64,000 bases of DNA from a virus. Lineage: Duplodnaviria > Caudoviricetes. Numbering within the stretch: position 1 is the first letter of the stretch; each line of letters opens with the position of its first letter. Where the stretch lies: positions 96,180-160,179 of IMG/VR virus record IMGVR_UViG_3300028048_001801; one strand, 5' to 3'. A model generated the notes under the pieces. The model saw only the letters and a list, made by a program, of their open reading frames with translations. It had not been told where the DNA came from and searched no databases. Positions 1 through 7,266 of the stretch are shown here, one piece after another. The position numbers and the translations under genes are program-made.

Positions 1-210
1 TCCACAAAAAGAAATCGCTCCGAGAGAAATACCGCCCCAATTTCCACCAACCGTCACAATGAAAGAATAACCATTGCAATGTGGCTTCCCGCCAAAGAAA
101 AGAATAACCACGGCCGCGGTAATAAGCCCAATGAGCGTCATTATGCCGCCCCACGTTAAAGACAATAACCAATAACCTACACCAAGTAAAACTTTTATAA
201 CCTTATTCAT
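1..210 (-). CDS. Membrane protein, hypothetical (truncated by window edge)
   Basis: ATG at 210 after a GGAG SD. Reads MNKVIKVLLGVGYWLLSLTWGGIMTLIGL..., hydrophobic, open to position 1. Not in the ORF track. Confidence 0.7.
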   Translation of the reverse strand, partial: MNKVIKVLLGVGYWLLSLTWGGIMTLIGLITAAVVILFFGGKPHCNGYSFIVTVGGNWGGISLGAISFCG

Positions 211-403
211 TTTCACTCCTTTTAGATCTTTCAAAGATCTCAGACTCTGTAATATTAAATTGTGCAAATACTTTATTTAAATCGTATTTTGTTATCTCAA
301 ACGTAAGTCCTCCGTCTACAGAATTAAGACATTTCGCAACCTCTGTTAACGCATCTTCGGCGCCAGTGTTATACGCCATTTCCCCAACCATATATTTATC
401 CAC
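203..403 (-). CDS. Hypothetical protein
   Basis: 66-aa ORF, GAGG SD, coupled to neighbours. Confidence 0.65.
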   Translation of the reverse strand: MDKYMVGEMAYNTGAEDALTEVAKCLNSVDGGLTFEITKYDLNKVFAQFNITESEIFERSKRSENE

Positions 404-433
404 TTTATTGTTACCTCGCTTTTATTTCTTAAT

Positions 434-808
434 TTAAATCTTCAAGTACGTTTCCATATTCCTTACCAAGGTGTCTAGAAGGTGTGGCTCAGCTTCGGAA
501 AATGACGTGGTGACAGGCTTTTCCAAGTCTTTAGCAAACTCCCTTCTACATTTAGTACACCAATGAGAGACTATTTCGTTCCCGTCTGAGTCACAAGACA
601 CCACTTCTGTACAATCTTCGCCGTCTTTTATAATCCTATGGCACTTGTCGCAAGTTGCAATAGTGGCTACTTCGGTGTTGAAATTACCCCACGCTGTATC
701 ATAGCCATTTTGCCATGCGGTGTCTAAAAGAGAAGTCAATTCTTTCTTTGTAAGCTTGTAATCCTCGCCACAATTCGGAAGTGGGAAACTATATTTTTCT
801 TGTATCAC
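434..808 (-). CDS. Hypothetical protein with CxxC pairs (putative Zn finger)
   Basis: CDKC...CTKC; start overlaps upstream stop. Confidence 0.7.
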   Translation of the reverse strand: MIQEKYSFPLPNCGEDYKLTKKELTSLLDTAWQNGYDTAWGNFNTEVATIATCDKCHRIIKDGEDCTEVVSCDSDGNEIVSHWCTKCRREFAKDLEKPVTTSFSEAEPHLLDTLVRNMETYLKI

Positions 809-975
809 TTATCACTTCCTCCATTAAACTTCCCTTCGAGCTTTGCCGCACAATCTGCGCAATAATCTCTTCCCATATAAGTCTCATCCATCTCTTTCCC
901 GCAAACGGGACAAACATGGATAATCTTCTCCGAAATGACATCGTCTTCAGTTGTGACCTTTTTTAAAACTTCCAT
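805..975 (-). CDS. Small Zn-finger protein
   Basis: CPVC...CADC. Start moved to ATG 975 (GGAGG SD) because the longer ORF overlaps a promoter. Confidence 0.65.
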   Translation of the reverse strand: MEVLKKVTTEDDVISEKIIHVCPVCGKEMDETYMGRDYCADCAAKLEGKFNGGSDK

Positions 976-999
976 AATTCCCTCCTTTATCGTACCACT

Positions 1000-1028
1000 A
1001 TTATAACATAGAAAAAAGTTGGCGTCAA
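1000..1028 (-). promoter_or_regulatory. sigma70/sigmaA promoter
   Basis: TTGACG-17 bp-TATAAT with extended -10 TG and A-rich upstream tract. Confidence 0.75.
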
Positions 1029-1124
1029 TCATTTTAACCCAACTTTTTCAAAATTTTCTAAAAATAATTTATCTTTATTTTCCCGAGAAAAATCATATGT
1101 TTTTAAAGGTAAATTCGACAATAA

Positions 1125-1289
1125 TTAATCTGGTCTGCCTTCTTCTATAACTATAAAATCAACGGGGTCGCAAGGCTTTATTTGACCATTTCCGACCAAC
1201 TGCGCCTTGATGTTCTCAACCGCGTTTTCGGGCGAATCCGCATTTACGGTCATGATCGTCTCTATTTTAACCATAACTTTATATTCCAT
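1125..1289 (-). CDS. Small hypothetical protein (54 aa)
   Basis: MEYKVMVKIETIMTVNADSPENAVENIK...; below ORF-track cutoff, directly follows 1293..1685. Confidence 0.6.
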   Translation of the reverse strand: MEYKVMVKIETIMTVNADSPENAVENIKAQLVGNGQIKPCDPVDFIVIEEGRPD

Positions 1290-1292
1290 ATT

Positions 1293-1685
1293 TTACCACT
1301 TTCTATGTGCTTCTTCTATGGTTTCAACTCCGTCGTAATCGTCAATTTCCCATTTGATGCCATCGGGAATCTCAACGACCTCAAGTCGAGCGTATTCACC
1401 ATACGACGCCTCTCCAAGTTCTTCTATTACTTTTATGAGTTCTGGATCTGTTCTTTCACTTGCGTCCGAAAAACTATAAGCACCATACGTTTTTCCGTTG
1501 TCGGTTGTTATGACAAAACTATTAGAGCTTTCCCATTTTTCAAGGCTGTTCGTAATGTCGATTTCGTTCCCGTTTAAGTATTTAACGATTTTGTCGATAT
1601 GCATGCCCTTTAGTTCAACAATTTTAATGAGCGCCTGTACACTTAACGAAAAGCCACCGTAACAAGTATTCTTTACGATTTTCAT
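1293..1685 (-). CDS. Conserved phage hypothetical protein
   Basis: N-CYGGFSLS...RTDPELIKVIEELG...YDGVE pattern typical of a widespread phage family. Confidence 0.8.
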   Translation of the reverse strand: MKIVKNTCYGGFSLSVQALIKIVELKGMHIDKIVKYLNGNEIDITNSLEKWESSNSFVITTDNGKTYGAYSFSDASERTDPELIKVIEELGEASYGEYARLEVVEIPDGIKWEIDDYDGVETIEEAHRKW

Positions 1686-1687
1686 AT

Positions 1688-1939
1688 TTAGTTACCTCCA
1701 CAGATATATGCTATAGCACCGGTAAGAATTAAACCCACAAAAAATATGATAAGTGGGAGAAAGACATAAAACCAGCCGAACGTAATCGTTCCAACAAGTT
1801 TAAGAATAAGAAAAACAAAGAAAACTATCGGAGCGGAAATAAAACCGCCAATCAATAAAATTGAAAGCGTCATCAACAGAATAGAAAACGCCACCAAGGC
1901 ACCTGAGAGCATTCCCTCACCAAACTTTTTAAAACTCAT
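1688..1939 (-). CDS. Small membrane protein
   Basis: 83 aa, strongly hydrophobic; LILKLVGTITFGWFYVFLPL. Confidence 0.75.
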   Translation of the reverse strand: MSFKKFGEGMLSGALVAFSILLMTLSILLIGGFISAPIVFFVFLILKLVGTITFGWFYVFLPLIIFFVGLILTGAIAYICGGN

Positions 1940-2055
1940 TTATATATCCCCCTTTACACTTAATTTCTTCAGTATTTCCCTAACGATTCGCCGCGTGCGG
2001 CTCATCGCAGTGTTTTTGTAAAAATGTAATAAAATTAGGCTTTTATTACTTTAAA

Positions 2056-2109
2056 ACCACAATATATAGTATGTCTAAAAATATTGGCCACAATATATAG
2101 TAGGTCTAA
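2056..2109. promoter_or_regulatory. Tandem NrdR-box-like operator pair
   Basis: CCACAATATATAGTA at 2057 and 2088, 31-bp period. Matches the NrdR consensus acaCwAtATaTwGtg and its typical spacing. Confidence 0.65.
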
Positions 2110-2336
2110 TTTTCAATTTTTCCAGATTTGTTGGAGTTGTCATCTCCAGGAACTCCAATGAAATAATTGTAAACAATCCTAGACAGATGTGCGGCGCATC
2201 TCGGGCTGCACGTTCTGTACTTAATTGTCTCAATGATCATCGTTATAGTTTTGCCGTTGCCACGACCCTGACGTGTAATTATATCTGATTCTTCTGCTTC
2301 GAATTCTCTGCCACAACACATGCAATGCAATTTCAT
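2106..2336 (-). CDS. Small Zn-finger protein
   Basis: CMCC...CSPRC; ATG 2336 with GGAG SD below the promoter. Confidence 0.65.
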   Translation of the reverse strand: MKLHCMCCGREFEAEESDIITRQGRGNGKTITMIIETIKYRTCSPRCAAHLSRIVYNYFIGVPGDDNSNKSGKIEN

Positions 2337-2364
2337 AATGCGCTCCTTTGTTCTTCTATAATAG

Positions 2365-2393
2365 ATTATAACATATTTGCAACACGATGTCAA
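2365..2393 (-). promoter_or_regulatory. sigma70/sigmaA promoter
   Basis: TTGACA-17-TATAAT, extended -10. Confidence 0.85.
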
Positions 2394-2774
2394 CCATTTT
2401 CGTCATATTTTTTTAATTATTTTTTTTATTTTTTAGAAAATAATTAAAATTAATTTACCCCTAAAAACCATAGAAAAACCATATGTTTTTAAGGGTAAAT
2501 TATAATAAACAATGTGTTGATATTTTACGGGAGATTTCGCTGCGCAGTCGTCTACCGTCTTGTGTTTTGCATATCTGCATACCTTTGAAGAGTTCCGTCT
2601 CTACTACCAACCACCGTCATCACGGTGCGAGTTTTTTGATTTCCTCATATTCCTTTAATATCCGCATTCTTACGGTATACATGGTAAGATCTATTCTTCA
2701 AGATTTTTCGAGGAGCTACCCCAATAGTTTCTATGGAAATCGATCAAACCCTCCTATGAGTAGGTTGGGTTTTA

Positions 2775-2853
2775 TGGAGCCCCTGGTAGGCTATGCTCCT
2801 ACGATAATACCGGGGTACAAATCCGGCCCAGTCGTCTACTGTGGCACAGGGGC
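2775..2853 (-). tRNA. tRNA-Thr(UGU), atypical T-loop
   Basis: GCCCCTG/CAGGGGC acceptor stem, CCA end, anticodon loop TT-TGT-AC; T-loop is AGCATAG rather than TTCRA. Confidence 0.7.
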
Positions 2854-3005
2854 GTGCTATTTTTTGTTATTTTTTATTGTAATATTCCCAAACTATCCCA
2901 CTTGTTTATTGAGGGCGAAGATGCTATCTTCTACCCTCAATATGCCTACCATGGCAATGGTACGTAGGGTTCACGTTGCCTCATTTGTTATCTCACGAAG
3001 GTGAG

Positions 3006-3080
3006 TGGCGTTCCATAGGAGAGTTGAACTCCTGTCTTAAGAGTGACAGTCTTGTGTCTTAACCGTTGGACCAATAGAAC
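3006..3080 (-). tRNA. tRNA-Asp(GUC)
   Basis: Cloverleaf, CT-GTC-AC loop, TTCAACT T-loop, GCCA end. Confidence 0.9.
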
Positions 3081-3082
3081 AC

Positions 3083-3213
3083 AGATTTTACTCTTCCCCC
3101 CAATCACCGCTTCTACTCTTGGGAAGTTGAAATTGCTGTTTCTTCTTATAAGGCAATGAGATCCGTGGGTGAAAACGATTGTCTCAAAATTGTTCCTTAT
3201 AAAAGTAAAATCT
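3083..3213 (-). ncRNA. Putative structured ncRNA (about 130 nt)
   Basis: 10-bp closing inverted repeat (3083-3092/3204-3213) enclosing two further helices; lies between tRNA genes. Confidence 0.4.
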
Positions 3214-3214
3214 C

Positions 3215-3296
3215 TGGTGGAGTAGCAGAGAGTTGAACTCTGGTCTTTCAAGTTCCTTTGACGGCTTTACTTGAAATCGACAGCCGTTTCTACCCC
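3215..3296 (-). ncRNA. tmRNA-like RNA consisting only of the tRNA-like domain
   Basis: GGGGTAG/CTACTCC-ACCA with G3:U70, stemless D-loop ending TCGA, 8-bp helix, GAC, then canonical T-arm. Confidence 0.7.
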
Positions 3297-3300
3297 ATTT

Positions 3301-3376
3301 TGGTGGACCCAACAAGATTCGAACTTGCGACTTCCTGCTTGCAAGGCAGGCTATCTACCAACTGATATATGAGCCC
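3301..3376 (-). tRNA. tRNA-Ala(UGC)
   Basis: Cloverleaf, CT-TGC-AA loop, G3:U70, ACCA. Confidence 0.95.
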
Positions 3377-3487
3377 GAAATTAAAGAGAATATCGTTTCT
3401 CTTCCTCGCGACGCTTCCTTTACCACTTCGTATAGTGGTGGTCACACGCCCGACTAACATTAAACAGGTGGATATACGATTCCAGTT

Positions 3488-3563
3488 TGGTCGGGGTGAA
3501 CAGACTCGAACTGCCGACATCCTGGTCCCAAACCAGGCGCGCTACCAACTGCGCTACACCCCG
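3488..3563 (-). tRNA. tRNA-Pro(UGG)
   Basis: Canonical cloverleaf, TT-TGG-GA loop, C1:G72, ACCA. Confidence 0.95.
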
Positions 3564-3755
3564 ATTAAGAATAGAGATTTAACTAGTCATCTCTATTTAG
3601 TATCCCTTTATGAGTAATCACTTCATATTCTAAGATAAGGGATAAAATCTTGAAAGTTCCTCATCTTGAGTACTTACAACCTTCAGAGAGTTTTTTGCTA
3701 GCTCACAAAGCCTGTCATCCCTATTCAGACAGCTTCGCCACCTTGATTAGAGGAG

Positions 3756-3870
3756 CGGTCGGGACTGCCAGAATCAAACTAGCTTCTTCTGTGGTCGAGT
3801 TGTTCTCTTGGCTATCTTTGAACTATATTGTCTACTCTGTTACAGTGCTCTATCATTGAGCTATGTCCCG
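3756..3870 (-). ncRNA. tRNA-like RNA with about 49-nt insertion replacing the anticodon loop
   Basis: CGGGAC/GTCCCG acceptor, TAGCTCAATGATAGAGC D-arm, GCTAG-TTTGATT-CTGGC T-arm, ends ACCG. Confidence 0.6.
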
Positions 3871-3875
3871 ATATG

Positions 3876-4055
3876 TGGGTGCTGCCTGCATTTGGTTACT
3901 TTAATGCAGTAAACGTACGGATAGTTTGAACAGATACTATCCGAAACTCACGGGCACCCCTCCGTGCGAACTAACGCTACACCCAAGCTCCTAAGAGTTA
4001 TGAGTTTGATCTATATTAGCGTTAGTGGTAGGCTAGGAACTTTTTCGTTCAGCCT
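3876..4055 (-). ncRNA. Putative pseudoknotted ncRNA
   Basis: Crossing helices 3876-81/3980-85 and 3970-79/4017-26, plus three nested hairpins. Confidence 0.45.
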
Positions 4056-4214
4056 TGTAATTGAGAACCCGTACTCCATTACCGCCACGTCTGACTTTAT
4101 TATTCATCATGTCTGGCCTTTTTTATTTCTTCCTATTAAATAAGCGGATGATAAAGGTTTTTCATAATCGTTTCCACGATTTTAGCAAGATTAGGAACTC
4201 TTGCAGTATTCCTA

Positions 4215-4262
4215 CCCGATGGCGGGATTTGAACCCGCAATGACCAGCTTTAATTCATCGGG
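4215..4262 (-). ncRNA. tRNA minihelix-like RNA (acceptor stem plus T-arm only)
   Basis: CCCGATG/CATCGGG stem, GCGGG-TTCAAAT-CCCGC T-arm, only a 17-nt linker; no encoded CCA. Confidence 0.5.
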
Positions 4263-4266
4263 ATGC

Positions 4267-4350
4267 ACCTCTCCGTGCCGTTGGCTCGACCATTTCCCGT
4301 GCATATGTACGTTATACACTTAAGGGCGTGTTACTTTACACTACAGGAGA
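4267..4350 (-). ncRNA. Degenerate tRNA-like RNA with extended anticodon arm
   Basis: D-arm TAGTGTAAAGTAACAC; CCC..GTGTATA-ACGTACA-TATGCAC-GGG arm; weak T-arm. Confidence 0.4.
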
Positions 4351-4669
4351 GATAAAAGCTTGTCTTTCCAAGCCGTCAGGATTACACTTTTTCGAAAACT
4401 GTTATACCAAATTACAACGCTAACCGTTTCATAACTGTTAGGAAACTTCAGCTATTCAACCTGATGACATACAGCCAAATCGTATGGTTTCGTGACGTGA
4501 TAGTTGTCAATGCTCAATAGCAAAGTCAATATCGGGCATGGTTTACAATCAAACAGTTTACTGCACTCCAACCTGGAGTTTACCTCTATTTTAGTTAACA
4601 TTATTTGAGGCGCAATTCAAAGCAAGGTGCCGCTCCCAGCGCTACGGTCCACGAGCTGTTCAATTGTAA

Positions 4670-4746
4670 TGGTTGCGGGGGGCGAGATTCGAACTCGCGT
4701 CTTTCTGGTTATGAGGCAGAACTGGAACCACTCCAGTCACCCCGCG
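4670..4746 (-). tRNA. tRNA-fMet(CAU)-like
   Basis: CGCGGGG start, C1:A72 mismatch, CT-CAT-AA loop, ACCA. Lacks the three G:C anticodon-stem pairs and has one extra C in the acceptor stem. Confidence 0.8.
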
Positions 4747-4942
4747 ATATTTAAGGGCTTTCCACCCTTTCGAGGGTTAGGTAGTTTTAATCTAAACTCA
4801 CAAAACTTTTTGCGCTAACACATTAAATTGCCAACAACCTTACGGATTTGTTTCCACCTACTATTGATATATTGTCTTGACCGCTCACGGGATTTTAGGG
4901 CTGCTTTCCGCCTTTATCGGGCAATATATCTCACTATAAAGA

Positions 4943-5019
4943 AGCCCCTTGCAGGAATCGAACCCGCGTCTTTACTCACGACCATGTCTGTGGTAAATCT
5001 TCCACTGATATAAAGGGGT
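4943..5019 (-). ncRNA. tRNA-like RNA with extended anticodon arm and no 7-nt loop
   Basis: CCCCTT/AAGGGG acceptor, GCGGG-TTCGATT-CCTGC T-arm, anticodon arm TTAC-CAC-A-GAC-ATG-GTC-GTG-A-GTAA. Confidence 0.55.
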
Positions 5020-5024
5020 ATATA

Positions 5025-5552
5025 ATAGCAAGTTGTCGTATTGCTCGAAGTTCTACTTACTTGTCTTTAATGGGCGACCAACATTAACAAAACCACGCCC
5101 TGGACAAATTTTCAAATTCCTTACGTCAGTCCTTAGTCACGCCGCTTACCGACTAAATCGGGTGCGGTTTCATCTGGGAGAATTGATATTTCTATCAACT
5201 ATTCCACTGAGCATCTCTTCAGATATATCCGAATTTCACGGAATTACTAATTATCGTGATACTTGCAATCACCTTTTACTCCTCGCCATAGAACCTACTC
5301 TTCGTAAGCGTCTTGACTAATAGAACAATCGGAAACCTGACTTTCACAGGATTTCTTAATCTTCACAATAGAACCTGGTCATCTTGTTCAGTGATAATGG
5401 CCTACCCCACCGAACAATTGGATTCTCGTCTTTCCGAGACGTCATCTATTGTATTTACTAAGTATGGCTGCTACTTTCTTTGCCGACATTTAACCGATCC
5501 TCGTCTTCCCGATAAGCACCATACTTAGTATTTACTACCGATTTCTTTTTAC
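5025..5552 (-). ncRNA. Large (about 520 nt) structured ncRNA candidate
   Basis: No credible ORF, many nested inverted repeats (e.g. 12-bp 5456-67/5519-30), begins just downstream of a consensus promoter. Confidence 0.6.
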
Positions 5553-5558
5553 AGTCAT

Positions 5559-5587
5559 ATTATATATCATATTTATTAATTTGTCAA
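5559..5587 (-). promoter_or_regulatory. sigma70/sigmaA promoter for the ncRNA/tRNA operon
   Basis: Perfect TTGACA-17-TATAAT with A-tract UP element. Confidence 0.85.
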
Positions 5588-5615
5588 CCGTTTTCGACAC
5601 TTTTTTAAAATTTTT

Positions 5616-6464
5616 TTATTTTTTATGAAATAAACTTTTACTTTTGGCTTGTTCAACTATTTTTATAAGTGGTTGATAGAATGAGTAATTTATATATAAA
5701 TCAAAATAACCGACAATTCTACAATTTGGATCCCATGGACGCTGCCAGCTAAAATGTATTAGTCTGCAATTGCGCAAAGCGTTATCAAAACAATGACTCC
5801 CCCACAATTCATATGGTTGGAAATTGTAAATGAAACCATTTATTTTTGTAATCGGAATCTTGTCGATATATAAATTAAGAAAATCTTGATCTAAATATTT
5901 AAGTTTTGGCAAGTTGGAAAAGAAAATATCTTCAAAATCTTCCATAGAATAAGTTTGCCTAAATGTATCTAAGTTAAATTTTACTACACCCGCATTGCAA
6001 TAAATGTTTAGTGACCCCGATCTTGCGTCGCAACACCCATCAAGTTCATTGGCCATAACAAAAGGCGCTTTTAAGTTGAATAATGGTGTTAAGTCGCCCT
6101 TGCATAATATATCGGCGTCCAAATAAATAACCTCTTTTATATCATCCTCGTCTATTAACCATGGCGCAAAAACCCTAAAACACGTTGCATCGTGCCACCT
6201 ATGATGAGAAAGAGTGAAATTCATTTTATATTCATAAAGCATTATACCAAGAGCATATTTTTCATTAAATAATTCTCTGATGATATCTTCACCAAGTTTC
6301 TCACAGATGCATATAAAAGAAACGTTTTTGTTGCTTGCTTTTACAGACATCATAAGATTTATCGCTTGCATGTAATAACCGTTGTCAAAGGTTAACAAAA
6401 TGATATTATCTGAAATTTTAAAAAATTTAGTTGTTTTCTTAGACAATAATATAAAATTATTCAT
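5616..6464 (-). CDS. Glycosyltransferase family 8
   Basis: YLDADIL (DxD), NAGV, DQD, IHF..RPW motifs; start moved to ATG 6464. Confidence 0.85.
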   Translation of the reverse strand: MNNFILLSKKTTKFFKISDNIILLTFDNGYYMQAINLMMSVKASNKNVSFICICEKLGEDIIRELFNEKYALGIMLYEYKMNFTLSHHRWHDATCFRVFAPWLIDEDDIKEVIYLDADILCKGDLTPLFNLKAPFVMANELDGCCDARSGSLNIYCNAGVVKFNLDTFRQTYSMEDFEDIFFSNLPKLKYLDQDFLNLYIDKIPITKINGFIYNFQPYELWGSHCFDNALRNCRLIHFSWQRPWDPNCRIVGYFDLYINYSFYQPLIKIVEQAKSKSLFHKK

Positions 6465-7266
6465 TTCTATTGCCGAACTCTTGTATATATTTAAGTTTTT
6501 CTGGAGTTTTTTCATTTAGTTGCCAATAATAATCAAAATCCAAAACACGCTTATCAAACATAGCATCCCCTCTATTTAATTTTTGTTTAATGAATTCTTC
6601 AAGGGTCTTTGTCATATAATGGTTGATGAAAGCATTGTTTGAAAAATTGCCAAACTTATCTGTTGCGGTTATTTCACCTCGACACTCTATACCGTCCGCT
6701 GTTACTTGGCCAATGTGCATACCATTTATACGACAGCTATGCGTGTCAATATAAACATTTGATAACTTCCCTCTTGTTATTTGTTTGCCTTCTGTGAATA
6801 ATTCTATATTCTTTTTTATAATTTGTTTTTTAAAAAAAATATGAACAGGAACCCGCGTATCTCTTGTTATAAAACCGTCGTCCCCATACATATGCCAATG
6901 TAATTTAATGCTTGTCGCTTTTTGAAAAATTGGGCTCAATAACATTTCTGTAATATTTTGCCATTTGTTTAAAACAATATATTCGTCTATATCTATAAAC
7001 GCGCACCAATCAAATGTTTGATTATATTTTGCATAAAAAACATTATAACACTCTGGTTGAAAGAAATATTTTTTTATTCCACGAACGTCAAAAATTGTTA
7101 TTCGATCCATATATTGTGGTAAAATTATATTACCTATAAACACAGAACCGACATCATCATTATCAAATAAATAAATATGATTGAAACCGATATTAAAATG
7201 ATATTGGATCCATTCGTTTATGTATAAGTGTTCATTTTTTGCGATTGCGCAAATAACATTATTCAT
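6457..7266 (-). CDS. GT-A glycosyltransferase (GT92/GT2-like)
   Basis: CAIAKNE..YINEWIQYH..GF, FIDIDEYI, INHYMTKT motifs. Confidence 0.85.
   Translation of the reverse strand: MNNVICAIAKNEHLYINEWIQYHFNIGFNHIYLFDNDDVGSVFIGNIILPQYMDRITIFDVRGIKKYFFQPECYNVFYAKYNQTFDWCAFIDIDEYIVLNKWQNITEMLLSPIFQKATSIKLHWHMYGDDGFITRDTRVPVHIFFKKQIIKKNIELFTEGKQITRGKLSNVYIDTHSCRINGMHIGQVTADGIECRGEITATDKFGNFSNNAFINHYMTKTLEEFIKQKLNRGDAMFDKRVLDFDYYWQLNEKTPEKLKYIQEFGNRNE

Noticed and set aside
2106-2336. GRGNGKT as a functional P-loop NTPase
   Set aside because: The protein is only 76 aa with no Walker B or NTPase core.
2483-5528. Short ORFs on both strands across the tRNA region
   Set aside because: They overlap tRNAs and structured RNAs and lack SDs or protein-like composition.
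4350-5552. RNase P RNA, SRP RNA, full-length tmRNA or group I/II intron
   Set aside because: I could not find their diagnostic conserved sequences or a tag ORF by eye.
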